Source: Octopus vulgaris
Taxonomy: Eukaryota
DNA length: 64,000 bases
Reading direction: 5' to 3'
Assembly: GCA_951406725.2 (NCBI GenBank)
Contig: OX597823.1
Span: 53,196,001 to 53,260,000, forward strand
Of the stretch, positions 27,619 through 39,650 are shown piece after piece. A program made the translations under genes and the position numbers. The notes under the pieces were generated by a model. The model was not told the DNA's origin, ran no database searches, and worked only from the letters and a program-made list of their open reading frames with translations. How positions within the stretch are numbered: position 1 is the first letter of the stretch; every line of letters begins with the position of its first letter.

Positions 27619-28734
27619 GGGCAGATAGATAGAAAGGCACACGGACAGACAGATAAAATGAGATACACACAAATATGCATAGACATATGTATGTATACTA
27701 TACTTAAAGAACTATAGAATGCATTTATAGAATTTTAGCCGACACAGTACAGACAAACGTAAGCACGTTTAGAATATGTTCATGGTCAGACACAGAGGAA
27801 TCAGTCGGACTAATTTCAGCCCTGTCTAGTTTCTTCGATTGTCCAAAGAAACATTGCCTGTAAGCCAATTAATTACTAATCGGAGAGATTGATTTGCTTA
27901 TCGTTCTTAACCGATAGCTTAATTTAAAAAGTATTAAGAAATCAGAGCAGCGTTTGCAGTATTTTGCCATAATACTACATGGTACTACAAACTATATCGC
28001 TCAAATGTGGTTATGCTCTTCGTAATATAGTGTATGTAATCAATGTTTCCGTTGCTGATGAAGACTCAACATAGGATAGAAACTATTCCGGATGATGTTA
28101 CTTCTGTACATGATTATATTGTATATAAAGAGAAGATACGTCGGGATGTACATTGAGTGTTTCCCAAAACCAATAGATATTATACTGCCATTAAATACAG
28201 TATTGAAACACAACGCCAATAATTTTTACATATATATATGCATTTATGTCTCAGTGCGTGTGCGCATGTGTTTGTACGAATGTGTGTGTGTGTAACGTAT
28301 TCCGAGAGTTTCATGCATACCACTTATCACTCATACACAACTACATCATATATACACACGTACACGCATACACACTCATAAACAAGCATATATATAGTTA
28401 GATAAAGAGAGAGAGATGCTTATATATATGCATGTATATATATATGTGTGTGTGTGTTGCTGTTATTGCGTGTGTGTGTGTGTAGCCTAGCGGCCCTTAA
28501 TGTTTTCTTCCACGATTTTTTACTTTGTACGTCCACTCTGTTGATGTTTGCCCATTCGAAGCCCTAACTCTCCACAAATTTTATATTTTTTTAAATTACT
28601 GGATGCTGCACGAAATAGGGAGTAGTAAAAACAGTCAACTGACAAGCGAGTTGTCTTTTTTGGGGTATTTTGTACTGTACTTATCTCTCGTGTATTTATG
28701 TATTTTTTTACTCGTTCGTGATGTCTTGTACTTA

Positions 28735-28767
<33 letters not shown>

Positions 28768-28769
28768 AC

Positions 28770-28930
28770 AGGCATCTTTCAGTTTCCGTCTACCGCATCC
28801 ACTCACAAGGCTTTGGTCGGCCCGAGGCTATAGAAGAAGACACTTGCCCCAGGAGCCACTCAGTGGTACAGAATCCAGAACCATGTGGTTGGAAAGCAAA
28901 CTTCTTACTACACAGTCACATCTGCACCTA
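28770..28930 (-). mobile_element. SINE family B 5' half
   Basis: CTTTCAGTTTCCGTCTACC..CACAAGGCTTTGGTCGGCCCGAGGCTATAG..GACACTTGCCC..AGAACCATGTGGTTGG. Confidence 0.85.
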
Positions 28931-29363
28931 TATATACATGTGTGTGTGTATGTGTGCGTATGTATGCATGTGTGTGTATATATACACATACATATATATC
29001 AAACTAAGTGATATATTTAAAATAACTACATCGTTCAAAGCCTCATAAACGGCAGTATTCAGCAAGGTATTTACATGAAGTATGATACACAGATTCTTAC
29101 TTTAAACTAATACCACCTCTGTTATTCATAACACACACGTACATACGCACATACACAAACATGCACAACAAACACATATGTATACATACATACTTACATA
29201 CATACATACATACATATAGAAACATACATACATACATGGATGTATGCATATAACTAAACATAAAAGTGGGAGTATATTTATGTATACAGTATCTATCTAT
29301 CTATCTCTCTCTCTATATATATGTATATTTATGATGACATACATATACACACACATGTATATT

Positions 29364-29434
<71 letters not shown>

Positions 29435-30098
29435 GTAGGTAGGTAGGTAGGTAGGTAGGTAGGTAGGTAGGTAGGTAGGTATATATGCGTTAAGTATGTG
29501 TGTGCGTTTGTGTGTGTGTTACTGTCTGTGCATGTGTGTGTGTGTGTGTGTCTGTGAGTGAGTGCATGTATCGCATTGCGTTTCTTGTAACGGAACACTC
29601 CACAGCGAGTATTATATAATGATATCAAACGAAATGATGATTCTTACTCAAGAACACGTTTGTAAACGTGTAACCTCATATCAGCTCTGGATAGACAGTT
29701 TGTATACGTCGTAGTAAGTCACCCCAACAAATCTGCTGCAAAAAATCAATTGCTGGTTTGGGCTATGACTTACCTTAGAAAAGTGTAGAGTTTAACAGCT
29801 AATTCTAGCAGAGATAGACTGAAGAAGGAGACAGGGAGAGAGAGTGAGGTAAGTGAGATGAGAAGACTTAATGGCTTACAGCAGCATCAAAACATGTTGC
29901 AGTTGCTCTCTTACGAACGAAATATAAAATATTAACCAGAAAAACCCATTGAAACTCTCTGTATGCACAAATATTCTTTATTCTTACACGGATACATGTA
30001 TACATGCACAGATACGAACAGAAACGTGTGTATGTGTGTGTGTGTGTACATATACATATACATATGTATACATATATATATATATATGGTGTGTGTGT

Positions 30099-30137
<39 letters not shown>

Positions 30138-30141
<4 letters not shown>

Positions 30142-30619
30142 CAGGGGACATCAAACATTAAGGCAAAGCAAATATCTCAAGTCATATACAATATTATTAT
30201 CGGAAGAAATTCAGAATCTTACAGCTGTTTCTGGGATATCCCAGAGTATTGGGATATTCCGTCATCAGAAACAAAAAGGGGGGAAAATATGGAAAATGGG
30301 AATGGTATATATCAATAAGATGACAACATAGAGGAAGGGAGTAAAAGAATAGTTCAACTTTTCGAAGTTACAGAAACTAGAGCATAAGTCCTTAGGTGCA
30401 ATCCTGCTTCTTTTTTTCTTATCTCTTTCCATCTCCTTATTCTTTTACATAGTCACATCCTCATTTTCCATATTTTTCCCCCAATTTGTCTCTGATGATG
30501 GAATATCCCATACTCGGGCATATCCCAGAAACAGCTGTAAGATTTTGAATTTCTTCCTATAATGATATTGTATATGACTTGAGATGTTTGCCTCGCCTTA
30601 ATGTTTGACGTCCTGTTTA
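30138..30619. mobile_element. Fold-back pLTR-like element: ~165-bp inverted arms (30138-30303 / 30457-30619), each carrying an HHR
   Basis: The arms are imperfect reverse complements around a ~150-bp spacer, and both contain CTGATGA-stem II-GAAACAGCTGTAAGA. Confidence 0.88.
30489..30542 (+). ncRNA. Type I hammerhead ribozyme with palindromic stem III (mirror copy on minus strand at 30217-30271)
   Basis: Stem I TCT/AGA; CTGATGA at 30492-30498; long stem II TGGAATATCCC..GGGCATATCCCA; GAAA at 30528-30531; ACAGCTGT palindrome; GUA triplet. Confidence 0.8.
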
Positions 30620-30941
30620 ACAATTATATATCTGTTGCATCGGAAATCCGCATTGGCTTCATAACTATCGTCTTGGCTATAACGTTGGAGCCCCAGTAAT
30701 CCGTTACAGAACTTACCTAGCGTAGTGTGGGCACACACTCGTGCTTGCATGTATAGATGATGATGATCATCATTGTTGTTGTTGTTGTTGTTATTATTAT
30801 TATTTCAATTATTATTCAGTAGTCTTATTTTTATCACTGTGGTTTGTGATGCTCTTATTTTTACTGTATTGAAAGTGTTTTACGTAGGGTGTGTGCGGTG
30901 CCTAGTGGTGTTATTTTCTGTATGGGATATATATATATATA

Positions 30942-31025
30942 TATACGTAAAAGTAAATAAATGGTACAACGAAGTACCGATATTTATCGGTACTTCGTTG
31001 TACCATTTATTTACTTTTATGTATA
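30942..31025. repeat. Near-perfect hairpin (35-bp perfect arms, 2-nt loop) heading a short insert between (TA)n tracts
   Basis: TAAAAGTAAATAAATGGTACAACGAAGTACCGATA-TT-TATCGGTACTTCGTTGTACCATTTATTTACTTTTA. Confidence 0.9.
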
Positions 31026-31081
31026 ATTTTACCCTCACGGGCTATTCTTTACTGGAAAGCAATACTCTCGTATTGCATTAC

Positions 31082-31129
<48 letters not shown>

Positions 31130-31141
31130 GTTAGCACTGTA

Positions 31142-31232
<91 letters not shown>

Positions 31233-31559
31233 CATTATTATTGTTAGTATTATTATGAATCGTTAGCACGCCGGTCACTATGCTTACCGGTATTTCATCC
31301 GTCTTTACGTTCCGAGTTCAAATTCCTAGCAGCTGTTTTAAGCAGATCAGAATCGTACATTTTTGTCTTTCTTTTTGTTTTTTTTTTTGTTTGTTTTGGG
31401 TTTCCTGAGCAAGTGCTGCACAAGCTTCCCCTGCCCCTCCTCACTCCGACACAATAGCCCAGTGGCAACTTAAATTCAAATGAATTGGCATGAGATAGCC
31501 CAAAAGCTGAAAGGATGCCCAAACCTCGCACAACCAGGTACCTCGGTCAGTAAGGTAAG

Positions 31560-31895
31560 GTAAAGGTAAGGACATCCCTTGGTCATGAAGGATCATAAGA
31601 GTACACATAGAAAGTTACTCTTCGAGGCACAAGTCCGGACAAGGTTGTTTATGGAAGACCAGCAGTCGCCCGTGCATACCAGCCTCCCCTCTCCACGCCA
31701 CTGAAGATATCCAAGGCAAAGGCTGATACAGCTTGACACCAGTGACGTCACAACTCATTTCTACAGCTGAGTGAACTGGAGTAACGTGAAATAAAGTGCC
31801 TTGCTCAAGAACACAACATACAGCCCAGACAAGGAACAGAACTCACCACCTCATGATTGTGAGCCCGACCCTCTAACCACTGAACCATGAACCTT
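31560..31895 (-). mobile_element. SINE family A-related, full length
   Basis: CAGCTGAGTGAACTGGAGTAACGTGAAATAAAGTGCCTTGCTCAAGAACACAAC...CTCTAACCACTGAACCATG, with a (GGTAA)n tail at ~31550. Confidence 0.8.
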
Positions 31896-32500
31896 GGTGA
31901 GTGATCTAGACAACAAAGCATCATATGAGTTATGTGATTACCAGAGCTACGTGACTACCATATTGCCGCCAATTCCGAAACTGTGGAGTTGAAGAATATG
32001 CATTTTTTCATACCTCGTTTAAATGAACTGCAAACATACCATTAATCATTCACACCCATACGTATGTTTGTGTGAATACGTATGTACGTATGCTTTGTTG
32101 GATGATTGTTGACTTTCCAGTTTATTCGTCCATTGACAGATCTTGCATTTCATCCTGCACAAGCTTAGCGTGGTTGTCAGTTTTGGTGCTGATGGCCCTA
32201 TCAGCCACAAGTTTTATTAGTAGTGTTGCACGTGATGCGACCTACATCAATATGTATGTTTGTACATACACGCGCACACGCACGCACGCACACATACACA
32301 CATGCATATACTCTAATATCGAAAAGTGAGAAAGAGCGCTCAATACCGTATTGGTAGATAAAATATTCTTTTATTTGTGTGTTAACAAGGCTACTAACGG
32401 TTTCATGTACTGAGAAATCTTTCAACAGTTAGCAAACCGGTTACCCTGCCACATAGAAATGTTAGTATTCGTCTCCACCTTTAATGAGATATATATACAA

Positions 32501-32904
32501 AGAGTAAATGTAAGGATAAGCAAGTTAGGCAAATCGACATACAAAATATATTAAATACATTTAATACAAAGAATGTACATATGTTTATATATAAAAAGGT
32601 CCGACTTACACAGATCATTAATCTTTTTTCTCTCAACACCTCAAATGTAAAATTCTTCCCTGAAGACGGAGGCTGGTCTTATCTGATGATGGAATCAATT
32701 TACAATCATTATCTTGGGCCACCAAGCCCCACAGAAACAGATGTTGGATTCTTATTCAACCCCTTTAATTCCTGGTATCATTTCTATTCTCTGTAAGTCG
32801 AACCTTTTTATATGTAAACATATGTAAATTTTTTTTTGTATTAAATGCATTTAATATTTTTTGTATATCAACTTGCCTAACTTGTTTATCCTTATATTTA
32901 CTCT
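32501..32904. mobile_element. Fold-back element: ~115-bp inverted arms (32501-32614 / 32788-32904) with a degenerate HHR in the spacer (32657-32747, +)
   Basis: The arms are imperfect reverse complements. The spacer reads TCC-CTGAAGA-(long stem II)-GAAA-CAGATG-TT-GGA. Confidence 0.75.
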
Positions 32905-33051
32905 TCTACTTGCTCAAGTTTAAATCTCTCGAGCACTATGAAGTGTATCCTATACACAGAATATCTGTCTCTCATATATATTTGTGTGTGTATGTGTGTG
33001 TGTTTGTGTTTATGTATAGACACACACACACATATATGTATATATGTATAT

Positions 33052-33087
<36 letters not shown>

Positions 33088-33270
33088 AATCCTCACTTAC
33101 AACCTTGTGTAGTGGAGTAATAATCTGAGTGGTTCATAGATCTTTTGGGTGTCTATTTCTAGCAGACTGGTGTTGTAATCATTCAACACCCTTATAATTT
33201 TAAAATTAACTATTATGGTATCTTTAGTATGCTGGCCACTGATAAATCATTAAGTAATGATTATGTGTAT

Positions 33271-33319
<49 letters not shown>

Positions 33320-33321
33320 CA

Positions 33322-34012
33322 GATGCAGGGTGTCCTGAAAGGCAATGATGGCTTTCAATTTTTGATACGTCCTTAACTTTACAAATAGATGTATGAAATC
33401 TTGGTACATTATAAAGGACATAATGGAAATTAACATGCACAAGTCAAATTTTGCAACAACACTGCATCACATATGAAAAATGACATCGCTTAAATGGCAG
33501 TCATTTTCGGCTTCTGACGCCCGTGCTCTTTCCGAAACTGGCACCATAACACCCTCAAGAGTTTCCGACCCCACTTCTCTGATTTCTGTATTCATGTTCT
33601 CCTTCAGTTGCACCAGGATCTCCGGTTTGTTGACGTAAATCCTTTCTTCCAGGTATCCCCACAAGAAAAAAATCCAGGCTAGTCAAGTCTGGGGAACGTG
33701 AAGGCTTTTCAGAGTAGACCTCAGACATGGTTCCAGCAAGATGGGGCAACTACTCATACTGCAAGAGAAACAATGCATTTGCTATGGTAGTGGTTTGGAG
33801 AGAGCATAATCTCTCGCTACGACTATGTCAACTGGCCTTCATGTTCTCCATACTTTACTTGTGCGGATTTTTCTGGTGCAACTGAAGAACATCAACAGAG
33901 AAATCAGAAAAGTGGTGTCTGTAACTCTTGAGGGTGTTATGGTGCAAGTTTTGGAAAGAGCACGGGCGTGCCAAACTGAAAATTGTTGTCATTTAAGCGA
34001 TCTCATAATTAA
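33322..34012. mobile_element. Two oppositely oriented remnants of one Tc1/mariner-superfamily (DD37D/DD41D-like) transposon
   Basis: Minus ~33322-33712: PSRSPDLTSLDFF/WGYLEERIYVNKP..HLSDVIFH with terminus CAGGGTGTCC. Plus ~33724-34012: WFQQDGATTHTARET..VNWPSCSP..HLSDLI. Confidence 0.8.
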
Positions 34013-34106
34013 CTGATTCTCCTGTGTTTTCTTTTTTACTCAAAACCAGGAACTTTTCAGTCCCCCTTGTATGTATACACACACACACACATATATGTAT
34101 ATATAA

Positions 34107-34140
<34 letters not shown>

Positions 34141-34144
<4 letters not shown>

Positions 34145-34291
34145 AAAATTCACGGAATAAAACAGAAGTCGAAGACAAGTGGTTTAGAGAAGAAACAGAT
34201 GTATTAGTATAACGCTTTTACGTTTCGAACCTATGCTTTTCCACAGAAAGGAACACAGAAAGAAACAAGGAGAGAAAAAAGTGTATAGTAG

Positions 34292-34292
<1 letters not shown>
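34141..34292 (-). repeat. pLTR-like repeat with a minimal variant HHR-like motif (34215-34250)
   Basis: Minus strand reads CTTT-CTGTGGA-AAAGCATAGGTTC-GAAAC-GTA-AAAG, between (TA)n tracts. Confidence 0.55.
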
Positions 34293-34346
<54 letters not shown>

Positions 34347-35001
34347 CATATTCATATATATATATATATGTGTATACACACACATGTGTGTGTGGTGTGT
34401 GTATTTAAGTGTGTGTGTTTGTATGTGTGTGTCTGTGTGTGTGTGTTTTAAAATAATTTTGTTACTTGTTTTTTGCATCTCACAATAAAAAGCGAACTGG
34501 GCGCCGTGAAACACTTTTAGCAACTTATTTAATGCGCCGCATATAAAACAAAAATGCATTGAAAGTTGCTGTACTAGGACAGCTGAACTAGGAACTAGGA
34601 CATACCCAATGTAAATTTTGTGTGTGTCCACAGCATGTTTTATAAAACCAAGGATGTTATATTTTGTTTTGCATAAGACAACATAAATATAAATACTTCA
34701 AATTAAATTTGAATGCATCTCCTTATACAATGCGTCATTAATTTTGTAATTTAAAACGTTTATGTCCTACTGTATTGCATAACGCGAGATCTCCATGAAT
34801 TTTTCCTCGCGAATTTCTGAACCTCATTCTGAAAGAGATTGTTTGCGTCAGTGAACTTGAAGATAAGTGCGAATATATATTGACTGAGCCTGTATGGTGA
34901 TGAAATCAATCGGTTAATATCAAAATATATGAGACGTACGTTATTTCATTCTCAAAACCTGACATGATGTTTCGGCTCTTAGCGTTTTGTACTCACATTT
35001 A

Positions 35002-35511
35002 CCGTAAATCCTTGAGTATAATCCGCTTTTTTTCCCCAAAATTTAAAGGTCAAAATCCCTAGTGCGTACTATATACGAGGTTAAAAATGAAAACTATTTT
35101 CTAAGCAATGTCCGAGTCTCTATTTGCTGCCCGGCAATATTTATTCAGACGCATTTTGTGATGTCCGGCGAGAAAATGCCTTAAACTAAGCCTGAAATCA
35201 ATGAAGTCATAAAATAATCATCCATAACATGCAGTAAGCAACATTTATTAAACACTATTACTGTTATTTCTTTATTTTCTACAAACAAAATGCACAAAAA
35301 AGTTACACGTTTGCATTGTTATATGTAAAATAATAATAAAGGACGTTACCGTATACATTTTTACAAACCAAGGACGTTATATAGACCTCCTTGACTCAAG
35401 TTAGAGAAGGGGTGCGTATTATACACAAGGTTTAGGTTTTCCAGAGGTACAGCTCCCTAAAAATCCCCTGCGTATTATACTCAAGGGCGGACTATACTCG
35501 AAGATTTACGG
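35002..35511. mobile_element. MITE of Tc2/pogo type, 510 bp
   Basis: TIRs CCGTAAATCCTTGAGTATAATCCGC / GCGGACTATACTCGAAGATTTACGG, TA on both sides, and subterminal TGCGTA.TATA repeats. Confidence 0.88.
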
Positions 35512-36799
35512 TACGTCCCATTGATGGTTATACAATTTCTCCTCGCACATTGAAAGAAGGCGTAGAACAATCTTGCCGTTGTGCTATGGAATCCGAAGGT
35601 TTGGACACAAAAATCAGGCGGATGACTTACATTTTAGTAATGTATTCTGGGATAGTTTGTGTAGAAGTGCTCCATGTGTAGGAGCAGTATTCTGTTTGAG
35701 AGTCTAACTCACTAGCATCCTTGAAAGCATGGCAATTTTCAATATTTTAAAGTAATTAACCTCTGTCATTTGTTTGTTTAAAATAGGTAAAATAGCTTAA
35801 TGGACGACACAAGACTGCGACATGAGACAAACTTCATTCTTACATTCATATTTTGTAACAGAAATTTCATCTAAATATCAATGAATATTTGTATACGAGT
35901 TGTAAGAAATAATATTGAAATACGACGTTTGAATAAAAAAAAAAAACTTTATATAAAAGTGAGCGCTAGCATATTTGATGTGATAAGCCATCAGGGGGAG
36001 ACAAACGCTATATTTTGATGAATTAAAATTAAATAACGATGCAGCGTAGCTTTGAGTGAATCAGATCGTTAGCAATGTATTCACAAATCCGGGCATTTTA
36101 GGTTTTTTGTTTTTCTTTTTCAGACCTCATCAGGAAAGCGTGGTCTAACAGCCATATCTGTGAAATATCAGAACAACGAAAGAGATATTGGCTATCTGTG
36201 AATGAACCCAGAATGCGTGTAACTTTAAAGAGTAACTGGAATTTTTTTTTCCAGGGATGCTAGCTGCATTAAATCTTTGTAGCTAAGGTAGTGCTAACAT
36301 GCATGCTTCATGTAAGTAAAAGAAGAAATTTTAAGGAATTAAAAATTACTTAGTGATGACGTCACTTCATCTTAATCTTAAAATGACACAAAAAGCTCAG
36401 GTATTTATTCATTTTATTTTACTGTATGTTCTGTATTTTATTATTTCTTTGTGTTACTATTATCGTTTTTTTTTCTCTCTCTTCAACTTCTTTGTATCCC
36501 TGACCCCTGCATGCGTGCGTAAAACATGAACAGCGTTGAGCCCCGTTGGTCATGTTAGTGTGTATGTGTGTTTGGAAGGGGCGTTAAGGTTTAGTAGTAG
36601 TGGACAGACGGTATGCTGGTCCGGTTATGTCTGGTCTGGTCTGGTCAGGAGTGGAATGGAGTGGAGTGGATTGAACTGGAGTGGACTGGACAATCCAGCG
36701 GCTACGTAAGATATGACGACGATACAAGCGGAATAGCTGAAATAGTTGGAAGTTCTTTTGGTGGCTAGCTTGGCGTGGCGTGAGATGGCTGGTCAGTCA

Positions 36800-36974
36800 T
36801 TACAGACAGACAAAGACAGAGAGGCAGAGAAAAAGAGAGGGTGAGAAAGAGAGAGAGAGAGAGAGAGGAAACAAAGAGAGTGAGGGAGAGAGGTGGCTGC
36901 AATGGAGAAATTTATTGATAAAATGAAATAGAAGAAAGTTGGGGTCAGAAAGAGACAGAGAACGAACGAGAAAC

Positions 36975-37005
<31 letters not shown>

Positions 37006-37376
37006 GACAGAGACAGAAAGGAAGGAAGAAAGAAAGAGTAAGAAAGATGGAAGTGCAGTGGGGTGGGGTGGAATTTATTGATAAAATGAAACGGAAGGAA
37101 AAGAGAGAGAGACTGAGAGTGTGAGAGAAAGATTGATAGAGAAATAAAGAGAGTTTATGAAGGAGATGTGAGAGGGTAAAGATGATAATGATAGAAAGTT
37201 GTACATGAATGAGTAAATAGTTTGAGAGAAAGAGAGAGAGAGGGGGGAAGAGAAGTAAAGAGAGGAAGGTATAGACAGAGAGAGACAGGGGAAAAAATCG
37301 TAGAAATATAGACAGGAAGACATAGGTGCGAGATAGAATTATATATACATATATATATATACATACATACATATTC

Positions 37377-37413
<37 letters not shown>

Positions 37414-38157
37414 CATACATACATACATACATACATACATACATACATACATACATACATACATACATAGATAGATAGATAGATAGATAGATACAGAGAG
37501 AGAGAGAGAGAGAGAGAGGGGGGAGACAGAGACAGACAGAGAAACAGAGAGATAGGGTCGACAGAGAGAGGGGGGCATGAGAGAGAAAGAAATAGAGACA
37601 TAGAAACGAAGAGACAGAGGTGACGGAGAGAGTAAAAGAGGATGGATGGATGGATGGATGGATGGATGGGAGAGAGGTGCAAGTAGCATAAGGAAACTGA
37701 GTTTTACATAAATGTGTATATAGTTTAAGAGAGGGAAAGTGACAGGGGAACAGGATGGGGGGCAATGGTCAATTTATTGATAAAATGAAACGGAAGGAAG
37801 ATGAGAGGGAGAGGGAAAGAGGAGAAACAGAGAGAAATAGTTAGAGTGGAAGGAGAGATATGATGAAAGGGAGATAGCAAAAAAGAGAGGAGGGAGGTTA
37901 AGGAGCAATACAAGGATGTGTGAAGAGTATAAGAGAAAAAGAGAGAAAAGGGAGACAGAGAAAGGGTCAGTGGAGCAGAGTGGTGTGGTGGTTAATGGAA
38001 ATGAGTAAGGATGAATGCGCCTTGCCAGTTCTGATAGCGTGGAAAAATCTAGACAGGAACGGTCAAGCAAAAGAAAGCTGTCTATCAATTGAAGTCAAAT
38101 CTGTCGTAATCTTTTATACCGCGCCAGCCTACTGTCCTAGCGCGGACATACACAGGG

Positions 38158-38228
<71 letters not shown>

Positions 38229-38230
38229 AT
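36800..38230 (+). repeat. ~1.4-kb purine-rich (GA) low-complexity tract with three copies of an embedded 20-bp motif
   Basis: AATTTATTGATAAAATGAAA occurs at 36909, 37072 and 37771. Confidence 0.85.
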
Positions 38231-38425
38231 GAGACGGTCTTACACACGTATATATTGATATACTAAGGTTGAGTTACTCCCATCGAGAACTTACCCTACA
38301 TATTTATTTTAACTTTACACACTTTCCCACTTAATTATATATATACATATACATATATATATATTTTTCTTTATTTTATCTAGTTTCAGCTCACAAGCTG
38401 TGGCCATACTGGGGCACCGCCATTA

Positions 38426-38590
<165 letters not shown>

Positions 38591-39023
38591 CAAAGTTTAA
38601 AAACAAATCTTGGGAGAATATAAGTCGCGCGATTGTTTTAACCCCCAAAATTTTCATTGAAAAATTTAAGTCTTTCAAAACCTTTATTTTATTGTCAAAC
38701 GATTTACTGCTAATAATTCAGTTTGAAATGATTCTGTCAGGTTGACACTCTGTTCTTTTAAGTTAAAATTCACTCGGCATCAAAATACTTTCATAAATCT
38801 TGAAATATCCTTGTACTCAAGTGCATTTTAAGAAATTATACCCAACACTATGAGGTTATTTGGGAAATGCTAGAATATCTTTCGTGTTATAAATAGGGTC
38901 ACGATAGCTGTAACCATTGTGTTTCTGAGAAAATTAATATTTTGTTCTACTAGACTACCTTAGTGGACTCCTCTTCAGTTAATACTGTTGTCTGCCATAA
39001 CTGAAATATTTTTATGTATTGAC

Positions 39024-39106
<83 letters not shown>

Positions 39107-39108
<2 letters not shown>

Positions 39109-39460
39109 GTAGTGGGTAGCGATTTTCTTCACTACCTCAGGGAGTGACGACCCTGCCTGAAAGGAGTCCCATGCTCAGCTGGCTCCGCCTGATAGTACAC
39201 GGTATGGGCCCCTATCCAGAGTTACGGAAAGGAGACAACCTCCAAAGAAATCTGGAGAGGAGCCCCGTAGGCAGTTTAGTGTTCGATTCGGCAGTCTTCC
39301 GGCAGAACCTGCAACCAAACTGGTGCCAATCGTAATGCTCTGCACTCCTTTGGACTACGTCAGCAAGGTCGAGAGAGGAATCCCGACAATTGGGCAGCCC
39401 AGGATTTTCTTACATCTAGCCCAGGCCTGTGCAAAACTGGAAAGGAAACTGGAGAAGAAA
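39107..39460 (+). mobile_element. Probable LINE (RTE-like) 5' UTR fragment
   Basis: GC-rich block starting abruptly after (TA)n, with GGAAAGGAGACAACCTC and AACTGGTGCCAA motifs reminiscent of RTE 5' UTRs. No ORF homology is visible. Confidence 0.35.
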
Positions 39461-39542
39461 CATGAAATGTAAAAACCAGACTATATTAGTTTATGCGCAA
39501 CTCCGTTGCTTCCCGAGACAAAAGGATGCCAACAACAACAAT

Positions 39543-39650
<108 letters not shown>

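Noticed and set aside
28050-28095. CTGATGA...GAAACTATTC possible hammerhead
   Set aside because: Stems I, II and III cannot be paired convincingly.
36115-36136. Minus-strand CTGATGA-GGTCT-GAAA
   Set aside because: There are only 5 nt between the core halves and no stem III or cleavage triplet. It is better explained as a splice-acceptor-like tract.
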